This document shows positions 9,992 to 20,457 of a stretch of DNA of 64,000 nt, in pieces. Source of the DNA: Flavobacteriales bacterium (GTDB taxonomy: Bacteria; Bacteroidota; Bacteroidia; Palsa-965); assembly GCA_040377305.1 (NCBI GenBank), contig JBEIPA010000010.1, positions 123,960 through 187,959 of the forward strand, given 5' to 3'. The notes below the pieces were generated by a model that was not told the origin of the DNA, did not search any database, and was given only the letters and a program-made list of their open reading frames with translations. The position numbers were made by a program, and so were the translations under genes. How positions within the stretch are numbered: position 1 is the first letter of the stretch; every line of letters starts with the position of its first letter.

Positions 9992-10561
9992 ATGTTGAAA
10001 CCACTTCCCACCCTTCCCAATCCCTGGATCACACACAAGAGCGAGAAAGTTTACGACTCGCCGTGGATTGCACTGACTAAACACGATGTTACTAATCCGA
10101 ACGGACATCCGGGAACGTATTCTGTCATTCACTTTCAGAATCTGGCGATCGGTGTGATTGTGTTGGATGAGCAATTGAACACGTGGCTGGTTGGGCAGTG
10201 GCGTTATCCGCTTGAGAAATACACCTGGGAAATTCCGGAAGGCGGTGGAAAAATCGGAGTTGATCCATTGATTTCTGCGCAACGTGAATTACTCGAGGAA
10301 ACCGGAATCACCGCGAAGAAGTGGACGCAAATTCTGGAAATGCATTTGAGTAATTCTGCTTCTGATGAACATTGTTTGATTTACCTTGCTCAGGATCTCG
10401 CGTTCGGAGAATCAATGCCGGAAGAAGATGAAGCCCTCGAAGTTGTAAAGATTCCCTTCGATGAATTTTACCAGCGCGTGGAATCAGGAGAAATTACGGA
10501 TAGTCTGACTGTTGCTGCGGCACTGAAAATTAAAATCATGCTGCAAGAGAAAAAAATATAA
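9992..10561 (+). CDS. NUDIX hydrolase (ADP-ribose pyrophosphatase-like)
   Basis: Nudix box GGG..AQRELLEETG preceded by QWRYP..WEIPEG. Confidence 0.93.
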   Translation: MLKPLPTLPNPWITHKSEKVYDSPWIALTKHDVTNPNGHPGTYSVIHFQNLAIGVIVLDEQLNTWLVGQWRYPLEKYTWEIPEGGGKIGVDPLISAQRELLEETGITAKKWTQILEMHLSNSASDEHCLIYLAQDLAFGESMPEEDEALEVVKIPFDEFYQRVESGEITDSLTVAAALKIKIMLQEKKI

Positions 10562-10650
10562 CTGAAAATTGATAGTTGATAACTGATAAAAGAAAGAGCC
10601 GATAAGAATACCGGCTCTTTTCTTTTAGCTATCAATTTTCAGATAGCAGC
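10561..10650. repeat. Inverted heptamer arrays (NNTGAWA) around a terminator
   Basis: ACTGAAA ATTGATA GTTGATA ACTGATA on the left; CTATCAATTTTCAG on the right. Confidence 0.7.
10587..10626. terminator. Bidirectional terminator between NUDIX and the S46 peptidase
   Basis: AAAAGAAAGAGCCG..CGGCTCTTTTCTTTT between convergent genes. Confidence 0.85.
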
Positions 10651-10662
10651 AATTCTGTTTTT

Positions 10663-12843
10663 TTACCACTTAATGTTCATCTCATTCAACAGATAGCCAG
10701 CACCCGCGTACTTATCAATCACGAACAATGTATAGCGTACATCGAGTGAAATGTTGCGGCAGATATTGGGATCGTAATTGATATCGCTCATGGTTCCTTC
10801 CCAAACGCGATCGAAGTTGGTTCCAATCAAATCTCCATTTGCATCGAGCACCGGACTTCCTGAATTTCCACCCGTCGTATGATTCGATGCAATGAAACAG
10901 GTGTGAATTTTTCCATCCTTCGGATCAGCGTATTTGCCGTAATCCTTATTGTCCACGAGAAGTTGAATCTTATTCGGCACGATGTAATCTTCCACTTCCG
11001 GATGATTCTTATCCTTCGCAATAAGTCCATCCAACGTTGTATACCAGCTGTACATGTAGCCGTCTTTCGCCGTCGCATCAGGATATCCTTGTACTTGTCC
11101 GTAAGTGACACGCAAAGTTGAATTCGCATCCGGATAGAAGTTCTTCTCCTTGAAAACAACCATCTGCGCTTCCATATAAATTCTGCTCAGTCGATTAAGT
11201 TCATTATTCAACTGCTGGAATCTTGGTAAGATATGCACGTTAAAGTGTGTGTACAACTGATCCATCAAAACAAAAGCCGGATCATCGGCAATCGATTTCC
11301 ATTTGGATGCATCGTACGTTTCAAGTAGAGCTTTCACTTTGTCTTTTTTCGTGAACATGCTTTTGGAATAGATACCGGCGTAATACTTATCCCAGTTTCC
11401 CTTGTGTTTCGTCTTCACCTCGTTGAACACAGGAGGTTTCTTATCCGCAGCCATTCCCTTATCCATCTCTTTAGAAACCGCAACCGCAATTCGTTGATCG
11501 AGTTTTGCATTGTAATCTTTGAAATAACCATCAACGCCATCCTTCAGTGCTTTCAGTGCTGCATCAAATTCTTTCTGATTGATTTTCTCTGCCTTGCTGA
11601 GATCAACCAGTTTTCGATAGTTACTGAGGTAACGAACAAGCTCTATCGACAATGCACCTTCATTCATGTAATCGCCGGCCTGTTGCCACGGAATCATTTC
11701 TGCGTGTGTTGCTTTCAATTCAGGTAGTACAGTTCCGTATTTCTGTTGCAAAGTCTGATCGGCAGCAATTCGTGTGTTGAAAATAGCTTCCATGCTCACC
11801 TTTCGCCCTATTGCATCGTTCTGTTTCAAGCCAAGCATTTCTCCTTGCCATTTCTTCCAGGCATTTGCAGTTCCATTCCGCTTTGATGCATACTGAATCC
11901 GAACTTCATCGCTCTTCGCCATTTCTTCACGCATGATGTCGAGACGAATGGTTCGCAAAGTAACTTTCACCGGATCAGAATAATTTGCAATAAGATCAAC
12001 TCCGTAAGAACTCAAATACTCTGTTGTTCTTCCCGGAAAACCATACACCAGAGTAAAGTCTCCGGCCTTCACGCCACGCGCGTTGATTGAAAGTGATTTC
12101 TTCGGAACGTACGGAACATTATTAGCAGAATACGCAGCGGGTTTATTGTCTGCTCCGGCGTAAATGCGGAACAATGAAAAATCGGCAGTGTGACGTGGCC
12201 AAACCCAATTGTCTGTATCGCCTCCGAAGTTGCCAAGCGCCATTGGAGGAGCTCCAACCATGCGAACATCCGTATAGGTTTCTGTCATGAACATATAGAA
12301 AACATTTCCATAATAGAATGCGCGCACCATTGCGGCCTGCGATCCTTTGGAATATGATTTCTCCATCTCCGTCATCTTCGCTTGTATTGCCGCAGTGCGA
12401 TCTGCTTCATTCATTTCGCTTTTCACTGCCGTCAATACTTCATTCGTTACATCCTGCATGCTGATGATGAACATTGCAGTCAATCCCGGACAAGGTTTTT
12501 CTTCTGCAGCGTTCATCGCCCAGAATCCATTCGTGAGATAATCATTCCCTACACTGCTGTGCATCTGTATGAATGAGAAACCGCAATGGTGATTGGTGAG
12601 CAACAAACCTTTCTGCGAGATCAATTCGGCTGTACAACCACCGCCGAACTGACAGATTGCATCTTTCAGCGAAGTCTGGTTTACACTGTAAATATCCTCG
12701 GCAGTAAGTTTGAACCCGCGCGATTGCATATCGGTAATAGTCATGCCTTCCAGAAGATTGGGAAGCCACATACCTTCATCAGCATTCAACTTAGGAAAGA
12801 CGCTTAATGAAAGCGCCGCGAAAAACAGAAGTCGTTTGATCAT
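10663..12843 (-). CDS. S46 family dipeptidyl peptidase, DPP11-like
   Basis: ADEGMW, TNHHC, DNWVWPRHT, TTGGNSGSPV; FDRVWE carries Arg at the S1 specificity position; start at ATG 12843 (MIKRLL). Confidence 0.93.
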   Translation of the reverse strand: MIKRLLFFAALSLSVFPKLNADEGMWLPNLLEGMTITDMQSRGFKLTAEDIYSVNQTSLKDAICQFGGGCTAELISQKGLLLTNHHCGFSFIQMHSSVGNDYLTNGFWAMNAAEEKPCPGLTAMFIISMQDVTNEVLTAVKSEMNEADRTAAIQAKMTEMEKSYSKGSQAAMVRAFYYGNVFYMFMTETYTDVRMVGAPPMALGNFGGDTDNWVWPRHTADFSLFRIYAGADNKPAAYSANNVPYVPKKSLSINARGVKAGDFTLVYGFPGRTTEYLSSYGVDLIANYSDPVKVTLRTIRLDIMREEMAKSDEVRIQYASKRNGTANAWKKWQGEMLGLKQNDAIGRKVSMEAIFNTRIAADQTLQQKYGTVLPELKATHAEMIPWQQAGDYMNEGALSIELVRYLSNYRKLVDLSKAEKINQKEFDAALKALKDGVDGYFKDYNAKLDQRIAVAVSKEMDKGMAADKKPPVFNEVKTKHKGNWDKYYAGIYSKSMFTKKDKVKALLETYDASKWKSIADDPAFVLMDQLYTHFNVHILPRFQQLNNELNRLSRIYMEAQMVVFKEKNFYPDANSTLRVTYGQVQGYPDATAKDGYMYSWYTTLDGLIAKDKNHPEVEDYIVPNKIQLLVDNKDYGKYADPKDGKIHTCFIASNHTTGGNSGSPVLDANGDLIGTNFDRVWEGTMSDINYDPNICRNISLDVRYTLFVIDKYAGAGYLLNEMNIKW

Positions 12844-13032
12844 AATATCCTGCAAAAAAACACCGGAATCGTTCCGATGCATAGTGCGACTAAATTACTC
12901 AATAAACCGCCTGGAAGTTGTTAGAAAATGATAAGCGGTAAACGCTATTTGCCATTGGGAAGAGCCTCAATTAATCGTGGCAAATCAATGCCGAATCATT
13001 CCGTCGGCTGGCTTTAGCTACGTAGCCTCAAA

Positions 13033-13431
13033 TTACCAGGCTTGTTTCCCGTACTTGACTTCGAGTCGCTTAATGAGCGGGCGTACGATTGCAACACCCG
13101 CAAAGAAAAGAGCAAGACCAATTCCGAAAAAGAGCACTATTCTTTCAGTCGTAGATAATGTACGATCTCCACCATTGATAAGCGAGAATGGCCATACATT
13201 CAGATTCAAGACAAGCAACGTAACCCCAATTGCGAACAATGCACAGATCACTTCCATGCCGCGTGCCACCTTCGATTTCGGTTGCGCCTTCTTCGGTTTC
13301 GTACTAGTCTTAGTTCCGATTAATACATTCGCTTTCGACTTAAGCTTTGCTTTGTTCTCTTCAATGCTGCGACGATTCTTTTCTATAAGTTCGTCTGCTT
13401 TCTGCGAGATATTGTCGAACGGGTTACTCAT
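13033..13431 (-). CDS. Hypothetical membrane protein (2 TM, basic N-terminus)
   Basis: Two hydrophobic segments; overlaps the stop of the upstream lipoprotein gene. Confidence 0.65.
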   Translation of the reverse strand: MSNPFDNISQKADELIEKNRRSIEENKAKLKSKANVLIGTKTSTKPKKAQPKSKVARGMEVICALFAIGVTLLVLNLNVWPFSLINGGDRTLSTTERIVLFFGIGLALFFAGVAIVRPLIKRLEVKYGKQAW

Positions 13432-14107
13432 TGACTGGTGCAGTATAACCGTGTTGTTTCATAAACGCGCGCGCATATTCACTACTCTTCTCGCGATCAA
13501 TCGGCATGTCGAATGTTTTGGACTTCGATGAATGAGGAACGAACCCGGATTTTAGAACTGAAAGTACAGTAGTGGTTATGTTAATGTCTTCCATTTCCGA
13601 CTCTTCAACTGTGAAAATAGAATCGGCTGTCATGTAAGAATAACTGTATGCAAGAGACTGAGATGCTATTGCATAAACATCAATTGGTTCACCACTAGGT
13701 CGTTTATATAGAACAATGAGAATATCAATATTGTCCGGACCGTCTTCATAATCACCGGCACTGCTTAAACAGAACCACAATGCATTGACCTCATTATTAA
13801 TTTCCGAGCGTCCATTACAGTAAATGGACTTATAGGTTGTAGGATCAAAGCCCGGAGGAAACATTTCATAACCGGTGGCGGAATCAATTTTTAACCCTGG
13901 AAGTTTTTGCATTGCTCCCGGTTCTATCAACGTGGGTAAAATCACGCGAACTGCAGTAGCAGTCATGTCCGCGTATACGTTAGTGTACAAAATTGTAGTT
14001 GTATCAATACGATCGACAGAATCGTGTACATCCGAACTTTCAACAGGTGGATTGCCACATGAGCACAACAATGAAATCAGAACTATTGACAATAACAACC
14101 TCCGCAT
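13424..14107 (-). CDS. Hypothetical lipoprotein
   Basis: Lipobox LLCSC; paralog of 14142-14792. Confidence 0.75.
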   Translation of the reverse strand: MRRLLLSIVLISLLCSCGNPPVESSDVHDSVDRIDTTTILYTNVYADMTATAVRVILPTLIEPGAMQKLPGLKIDSATGYEMFPPGFDPTTYKSIYCNGRSEINNEVNALWFCLSSAGDYEDGPDNIDILIVLYKRPSGEPIDVYAIASQSLAYSYSYMTADSIFTVEESEMEDINITTTVLSVLKSGFVPHSSKSKTFDMPIDREKSSEYARAFMKQHGYTAPVNE

Positions 14108-14141
14108 GAAACGAAGTTAAACTACTTTTTGCAAGTATACG

Positions 14142-14792
14142 CTACTGGAAAAACTTGTCAGCGACGTCCTTCGCTTTGTCGTCAGCCTGATTGTCGGGGC
14201 CAAATGTTGAAGTCTGTTCATCACTAATTCCGAAATTGCCTTTTCCAATTGCAACAGTTTTCGTGGTGACCATTGTTTTGTCGCCTTTGTCAATGAATAC
14301 TTCCCGCATGAAAGTCGGAGAATCGATTTTTGCATAACCAAGGCCTACACCTTTTGTAGCTGCGAGATGAGCAACACTCGGCGCATCCTTGTTATACAAC
14401 ACAATCCAAATGTCTTTGTTCTCTGAACCTTGCACTTCCATTCTGAACCACAAGGCATGAACAAAGGGCTCAACTTCGTGTTGTGCAATTGCATATACAT
14501 TCACTTCATCAGGAATACCGAATGCAGGTGGAAATAACTTCATTGCGTCTTCGTGAGAAAGTGCAATGTTACTTCCAAACGCGCTGTCGGTGTGAATCCA
14601 CTTCGGAAAAGTCAGTTTTGCCAGCTGAGCTTTCAGGTCAGTATAAATTGCCGGAATTTCCGCGGGAGTATGTGTTACTGAAGTCATGACGCTATCGACC
14701 ACTACTGAGTCGCTATTATCCTGAACGACTTCCGTACCACAAGAAGCGAGCAGCATAAGAATAGAAAATGTGAACCCGAACGCGCGCAACAT
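14142..14792 (-). CDS. Hypothetical lipoprotein
   Basis: Lipobox LLASC; starts 1 nt after the rimO stop. Confidence 0.78.
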   Translation of the reverse strand: MLRAFGFTFSILMLLASCGTEVVQDNSDSVVVDSVMTSVTHTPAEIPAIYTDLKAQLAKLTFPKWIHTDSAFGSNIALSHEDAMKLFPPAFGIPDEVNVYAIAQHEVEPFVHALWFRMEVQGSENKDIWIVLYNKDAPSVAHLAATKGVGLGYAKIDSPTFMREVFIDKGDKTMVTTKTVAIGKGNFGISDEQTSTFGPDNQADDKAKDVADKFFQ

Positions 14793-14793
14793 A

Positions 14794-16104
14794 TCAAATC
14801 ACTTTACCGTAGAGATCGAACTCTTCTGCTTTATCAATTTTCACGTTCGCAAAATCGCCGATGCGCACGTAAGAATCTTTCGCAGCTACGAGCACTTCAT
14901 TATCCACTTCCGGAGAATCAGCCTCTGTTCTTCCGATGAACCAATCCCCTTCTTTGCGATCGAAGAGAACTTTATATGTGTTACCGACTTTCGCCTGATT
15001 TACAGCGAAAGAAATTCCCTGCTGCACTTCCATAACAGCTTCTGCTCTTGCCTGCTTAACTTCTGCCGGAACATCGTCCTTCAACGAATATGCGCCCGTA
15101 TTTTCTTCATGAGAGTACGTGAAAATTCCGAGACGATCGAAACGTGTGTCTTCAATCCAACGCAGCATTTCTTCGTGATCTTGCTCTGTTTCGCCAGGAT
15201 AACCTGCAATCAATGTTGTGCGCAATGTAATTCCGGGAACTTTATCACGAATCTGATTCACAAGATCAATCGTCTTCTGCTTCGTGGTACCGCGCTTCAT
15301 GCTCTTCAGCATGTTGTCGGTAATGTGCTGAAGCGGCATATCGAGGTATTTGCACACTTTCGGATTGTCGCGCATCACATCAAGGACATCGAGAGGAAAC
15401 CCACTCGGGAATGCATAATGCAAGCGAATCCAGTCAATGCCGTCAACTTCGGAAAGCTTAGTGAGTAATTCACCAAGATTTCTTTTGCCGTAAAGATCCA
15501 ATCCGTAATAGGTTGAATCCTGTGCAATCACGATGAGTTCCTTCGTTCCGTTTTTCGCGAGATTCTGCGACTGCGAAACGAGCTGTTCCATCGGAGTCGA
15601 AATGTGTTTCCCGCGCATCAACGGAATTGCACAAAAAGAACACGGACGATCGCACCCTTCTGATATTTTCAGATAAGCATAATGCTGCGGTGTGCTGAGA
15701 ATACGTTCCCCAACTAATTCATGTTTGTAATCGGCCTTTAGTGTTTTGAGCATGCGCGGAAGATCACGCGTACCGAACCATGCATCGACTTCCGGAATTT
15801 CTTTCTCCAGATCGTGCTTGTATCGTTCGCTCAAACAACCTGTGACGTAAACCTTCTCGACCAGCCCTTTCTCCTTTGCACTTGCAAACTGAAGAATCGT
15901 GTTTACACTTTCCTCTTTGGCGTTGTCGATGAATCCACAGGTATTGATAATTACGATTGCCGCGTCTCCACTTTTACTTTCGTGCTCTACTTCGTAATTG
16001 TTTGCTTTGAGCTGGCCCATCAGAACCTCGGAGTCGAAAATATTCTTCGAGCAACCGAGCGTTACCACGTTCACTTTATTCTTGCGTAATGTCTTCGTTT
16101 TCAC
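14794..16104 (-). CDS. rimO: Ribosomal protein S12 methylthiotransferase RimO
   Basis: TLGCSKN, INTCGFI, radical SAM CDRPCSFC, C-terminal TRAM (GRTEADSPEVD). Confidence 0.97.
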   Translation of the reverse strand: MKTKTLRKNKVNVVTLGCSKNIFDSEVLMGQLKANNYEVEHESKSGDAAIVIINTCGFIDNAKEESVNTILQFASAKEKGLVEKVYVTGCLSERYKHDLEKEIPEVDAWFGTRDLPRMLKTLKADYKHELVGERILSTPQHYAYLKISEGCDRPCSFCAIPLMRGKHISTPMEQLVSQSQNLAKNGTKELIVIAQDSTYYGLDLYGKRNLGELLTKLSEVDGIDWIRLHYAFPSGFPLDVLDVMRDNPKVCKYLDMPLQHITDNMLKSMKRGTTKQKTIDLVNQIRDKVPGITLRTTLIAGYPGETEQDHEEMLRWIEDTRFDRLGIFTYSHEENTGAYSLKDDVPAEVKQARAEAVMEVQQGISFAVNQAKVGNTYKVLFDRKEGDWFIGRTEADSPEVDNEVLVAAKDSYVRIGDFANVKIDKAEEFDLYGKVI

Positions 16105-16122
16105 GGGGCAAAGATAGCTAAA

Positions 16123-16152
16123 TGAGTTGGGAGATTGGAGTTGGGAGTTGGT
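16123..16152. repeat. Heptamer tandem repeat (GAGTTGG)x4
   Basis: GAGTTGG GAGATTG GAGTTGG GAGTTGG just upstream of the rimO promoter. Confidence 0.75.
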
Positions 16153-16208
16153 AGAAGGGCACGTTTCACGGGGAGAATAGGCGCTTCTCCTGTTAATTCA
16201 TGAAAACC

Positions 16209-18314
16209 TTACACCCTTATGCCGATCAGAAGCACATCATCCACCTGTTCCGCAATTCCCTTCCAGGTAATGAATTCTCTGTGAAGCTTCGCATCCTGCT
16301 CCTGCATTTCGTCGGATGAAATTGCAATCAGGTATTGCTTCAATTGACTGTATTTGTACTTCTTGTTCTTTGGTCCACCAAACTGATCTGCATACCCGTC
16401 CGTGAACGTATAAATGACATCACCACTATTCAATTCAATTGTTTGTTGATTGAAGGACTTGTTTTCCACCGCTCCGATACCAACTGGTTGTTTGTCTGCT
16501 TTGTATTCCAGTATCTCTCCATTTCTAAACAGCCATAAACTGTTGTTAGCTGCAGCAAAGCATAATTCAGTTTGCTTACGATCAATCCGGCAAAGAACCA
16601 TGTCCATCCCATCCTTATTCTCTCCGCTGATCCCTTTTTGTTTCAGAGAACTGATTATACGATCACGCATCATGTCCAATATCCGGCCTGGTTCGGTCAA
16701 CTTTCTCTCGATGACGACTTCATTCAGCAGGGCCATGCCGAGCATACTCATAAATCCACCAGGAACTCCGTGTCCGGTGCAGTCTGCAGTAGCGTAGAAT
16801 ACATGCGTTTCGGTTTCTGCTACCCAATAAAAATCGCCGCTGACAATATCCTTTGGCCTGTAATGCACAAATGAATTTCTGAAATGGGTTCTGAACTGAT
16901 CCACACTTGGCAGAATTGCCGACTGAATACGACTTGCATAATTTATACTATCGGTGATGTCTTTGTTCTTGCTCTCAATTTCAAGATTCTGCAGTTCTAC
17001 TTCTTCCTTTTGTGATGCAATGAGCATCTTTTGCCTTTGCGATGTGCGGTATCGATTGAACACGAAGACCAGGAAGAACAATGCGAGCAGGAGAAACGCT
17101 GCTCCTGAGTAAATAATAATCCATTTTCGCTTTTTATCCTCCTCGTAAATAGCATTGTTCTTATCCTGTTCTGCTTTATCAAGTTCTTTCTGCTTTTCAA
17201 ACTTGTAATTCATTTCCATGCGAAGCATTTCATCTTTCTGGCTGTCCCTTTTCAGACTGTCGCTTACTTCGAGATAGCGCTTTAGATTATACAATGCCTT
17301 TTCCGTATTTCCGGTTTGCTCGTATAAATCACTTAGTGATTTATAGGCTTCCATAATGCGGTCCGTCATTCCCTTCTCCGTTGATAGTACTAACGAGCTG
17401 TCAAAGTACAATTCCGCCATTGCATAATTTTTCAATCCGTTTGCACTGTTCCCCACGGCTACATACTGCGAAGAAATCAAACGATCGTCTTTAAATTTTT
17501 GTGCAAGAGCCAACGAATGCAAACCCGAGGCAAGCGCTTCACTGTACTTTCCCTGGTTGCTGAGAATAATGCCTTTCATTCCTAAAGCGTATCCCAGATT
17601 CTCGCTTTCTGCCTGACCATTCACGGCAAGACAGTTCTCAATCACCATTAAGGCCATGGAATCATCATCGAGCAGTTGGTACGTGTTTGCTATATTGTAA
17701 TAGGTTGTACCGACACTTTCGGCGTTACCATACACAGTGTCTAATCGTAATGCAGCGCTATACATATCAAGTGCCTGCCTGTGCTGTCCGGATAAATTAT
17801 ACAAGTTCCCCAGGCTGCTGTAAGCGGAACTTAGAATTGCGCTGTCCCCAAGTGCACGTTTGATTTCTATGGACTGAATGCAATAATCAAGCGCACCTTT
17901 ATAATCGCCAAGAAATGCTTTTTGATTTCCAACTCCCTGTAATGCCGAAGCCTGTGTTTTTTTGTCGCCCACACTGTCCGCTAATACCGACGCAGCATCA
18001 AATCCACGCATTGCTTCTACGTATTGTCCGCCCATCGCAGCTAGCACTCCCGTCTGATACTGCGCGCGCGCTTCTCCACGAATGTAGTTCCTGCTTCTGG
18101 ATGCTTCGAGTGCATTCTCTATGTAGAAACCGGCGGAATCCACTTGATTCTTTTTCCGATACATCGCACCGAGCTCGATCTGCGCATCAATAACGGCAGT
18201 GTCGGACCTCGATGATACAATTACCTCCCGAAGGGAATCCAGCTTTCCCTGTTGTGCCAGCAGACAACATGGCATCACTACAATCAGACTCAGCAAGAAG
18301 CTTAGTTTACGCAT
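16209..18314 (-). CDS. TPR-TM-PP2C (SpoIIE/SiaA-like) sensor phosphatase
   Basis: Signal peptide, TPR repeats, TM, then PKDIVSGDFYW, DCTGHGVPG, DGMD, TDG, DD; start at MRKLSF. Confidence 0.9.
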   Translation of the reverse strand: MRKLSFLLSLIVVMPCCLLAQQGKLDSLREVIVSSRSDTAVIDAQIELGAMYRKKNQVDSAGFYIENALEASRSRNYIRGEARAQYQTGVLAAMGGQYVEAMRGFDAASVLADSVGDKKTQASALQGVGNQKAFLGDYKGALDYCIQSIEIKRALGDSAILSSAYSSLGNLYNLSGQHRQALDMYSAALRLDTVYGNAESVGTTYYNIANTYQLLDDDSMALMVIENCLAVNGQAESENLGYALGMKGIILSNQGKYSEALASGLHSLALAQKFKDDRLISSQYVAVGNSANGLKNYAMAELYFDSSLVLSTEKGMTDRIMEAYKSLSDLYEQTGNTEKALYNLKRYLEVSDSLKRDSQKDEMLRMEMNYKFEKQKELDKAEQDKNNAIYEEDKKRKWIIIYSGAAFLLLALFFLVFVFNRYRTSQRQKMLIASQKEEVELQNLEIESKNKDITDSINYASRIQSAILPSVDQFRTHFRNSFVHYRPKDIVSGDFYWVAETETHVFYATADCTGHGVPGGFMSMLGMALLNEVVIERKLTEPGRILDMMRDRIISSLKQKGISGENKDGMDMVLCRIDRKQTELCFAAANNSLWLFRNGEILEYKADKQPVGIGAVENKSFNQQTIELNSGDVIYTFTDGYADQFGGPKNKKYKYSQLKQYLIAISSDEMQEQDAKLHREFITWKGIAEQVDDVLLIGIRV

Positions 18315-18321
18315 CCGGCAA

Positions 18322-20457
18322 TCAGATTTTAATTCCAATAATTAAAACATCATCCACCTGCTCCAAATTACCTTTCCAATGTATGAATACATCCAGCAAT
18401 TTTTCGTGCTGATCATTCATGTTCATGGACGAGTTCTCCTGCAGCAATTCCTTCAAGGGTTTGTACTTGAACTTCTTGCCTTTGTCTCCACCAAACTGGT
18501 CAGCGAATCCATCAGTAAATGTGTAGATAATGTCGCCTTTCTCAAGCGAAACCGAATGACTCGTGAAGCTGACACCGGAAGTCGCACCAATTCCAACCGG
18601 TTGCTTGTCCGGATTGTAAACCGTGATTACACCTCTTCTGCAAATCCACACCGGATTGTTCGCAGCTGAGAACAGTAAATGATTGGTCTTCTTATCTATT
18701 CTGCACAGCACCATATCCATACCGTCTTTGTTCTCTCCTGATTCTCCGGTTTGACGCAATGCAGAAATTACTTTATCGCGCATTTGATTGAGTACTTGCG
18801 AGGGTTCAATCACCTGATGATCGTTCACAATTTCATTCAGCAACGAAGCTCCGAGAATACTCATGAATCCTCCCGGAACTCCATGACCTGTGCAATCGAC
18901 TGTTGCGTAAAAGATATATTCTTCCGTTTCTGACAGCCAGAAAAAATCTCCACTTACGATATCCTTTGGCTGATAGAGAACAAAGGAATCGCGCAATGCG
19001 CGCTGCATGAGATCGGATTGAGGTAAAATTGCCTGCTGAATTCTACGTGCGTATGTAATGCTGTCGGTGATACTCTTGTTCTTTTCTTCGATGACCGATT
19101 TCTGGATTTCCATCTGGTCGCGCTGCGTTTCTACTTCCGCTTTCTGTTGCTGAATCAGAATATTCTGCCTGCGTGTTACTTGCGCGCGATTGTACAGGAA
19201 CCATGCAAATGCGATCGCAAGAAGTAAAACCAGTGAACCTAATCCTATCCAGATTTTCTGCTGCTGCAGTTTCGCTTCGGTGATTGCATCCTTCGCATCC
19301 TGTTCTGCTCTCTCGAGTTTTTGTTGCGCTTCGAAATTCGATTTCATCTGCTTGCGGGCAATTTCCGTTTGCATGTCCACATCGGTGAGGCTATCGCGGT
19401 ACGTGACGTACAACTCATAATGAACAAAAGCGCTGTCCCACTTTTTGATCTTCTGAAAATAGGCGGTATAACTTCGGTGAACTTCCTGAAGGTTCTGAAG
19501 ATCGTCCATTTGATACGCGCATGTTCTCGCTTTATCGAGATAAATCTCAGCCTGCTCGTGTTGATTACGCTCTACAAATAAGTTGGCCAGATGCATGTAC
19601 TCGACAATCATTATGCGCATATCCTGTTGATCTTCTGCGATGACCAGTGCCTTCCGGTAATAGAACTCCGCCGAATCCAGTTTCTTGTCATCAAAGAAAA
19701 TGGAAGCCATCAATCCATACGAGTATGCCTGAATTTGGTTGTAGCCGACACTATCAGCAATCTGTATCGAACGCTTGAGGTAGTACCATGCTTCGTTATC
19801 CCGTTTCAGGAGGTGAAGTGAATTACCCATGTTGAAATAATCATCGGTAAGCTTCGCATAATCGCCAAAACGTTTGTGAATGACCGCAGCTTGTGAGAAA
19901 TAGGTCAACGCCGTGTCATACTGATTCATGGAGTGATACACGTTGCCGATGTTGTTCAGTGCAGAAGCCATTGCAAGGCTGTCGCCTATTTCACGTTTGA
20001 TACGCAAACACTCCAGATGCAAATCAATGGCGCCTGTCTGATCACCCATCATTCCCAGTAGTCCGCCCATTGCTGTAAGGACAGAAGAGTAATTCTTCAG
20101 ATCGCCAATCGACTTCAGCGTGTCGCGGGCTGCAGAATAATAGTGAAGAGCGGAATCAAGATCTCCAACGATGAAATGTGCAATGCCGATGTAATAGAGA
20201 GATCGTCCAATCCCATTAGCATACTTCAATTTCTGCGAGAGATCAAATGCTTTCTGCGCGTAAATCTTCGACGTGTCACTATAACCCGCCTTGCGGTATT
20301 CGTAAGACAATTCGATGTAAGCCAGTACAACAGAAGTATCTGTTTTCGAAGTTTTGATCACACGACTCAGTGAATCGATCTTCACTTTGTTCTGCGCCGA
20401 CAAATTTCCATTGAGAAAACATGCTACCCAAATAAATATGCAGGCGATTTTTCTCAT
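18322..20457 (-). CDS. TPR-TM-PP2C (SpoIIE/SiaA-like) sensor phosphatase
   Basis: Same architecture and motifs as the neighbour (ASALNNIGNVY TPRs; PKDIVSGDFFW; DCTGHGVPG). Confidence 0.9.
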   Translation of the reverse strand: MRKIACIFIWVACFLNGNLSAQNKVKIDSLSRVIKTSKTDTSVVLAYIELSYEYRKAGYSDTSKIYAQKAFDLSQKLKYANGIGRSLYYIGIAHFIVGDLDSALHYYSAARDTLKSIGDLKNYSSVLTAMGGLLGMMGDQTGAIDLHLECLRIKREIGDSLAMASALNNIGNVYHSMNQYDTALTYFSQAAVIHKRFGDYAKLTDDYFNMGNSLHLLKRDNEAWYYLKRSIQIADSVGYNQIQAYSYGLMASIFFDDKKLDSAEFYYRKALVIAEDQQDMRIMIVEYMHLANLFVERNQHEQAEIYLDKARTCAYQMDDLQNLQEVHRSYTAYFQKIKKWDSAFVHYELYVTYRDSLTDVDMQTEIARKQMKSNFEAQQKLERAEQDAKDAITEAKLQQQKIWIGLGSLVLLLAIAFAWFLYNRAQVTRRQNILIQQQKAEVETQRDQMEIQKSVIEEKNKSITDSITYARRIQQAILPQSDLMQRALRDSFVLYQPKDIVSGDFFWLSETEEYIFYATVDCTGHGVPGGFMSILGASLLNEIVNDHQVIEPSQVLNQMRDKVISALRQTGESGENKDGMDMVLCRIDKKTNHLLFSAANNPVWICRRGVITVYNPDKQPVGIGATSGVSFTSHSVSLEKGDIIYTFTDGFADQFGGDKGKKFKYKPLKELLQENSSMNMNDQHEKLLDVFIHWKGNLEQVDDVLIIGIKI

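Noticed and set aside
14770-15468. 232-aa plus-strand ORF
   Set aside because: Antisense shadow of rimO; no protein motifs
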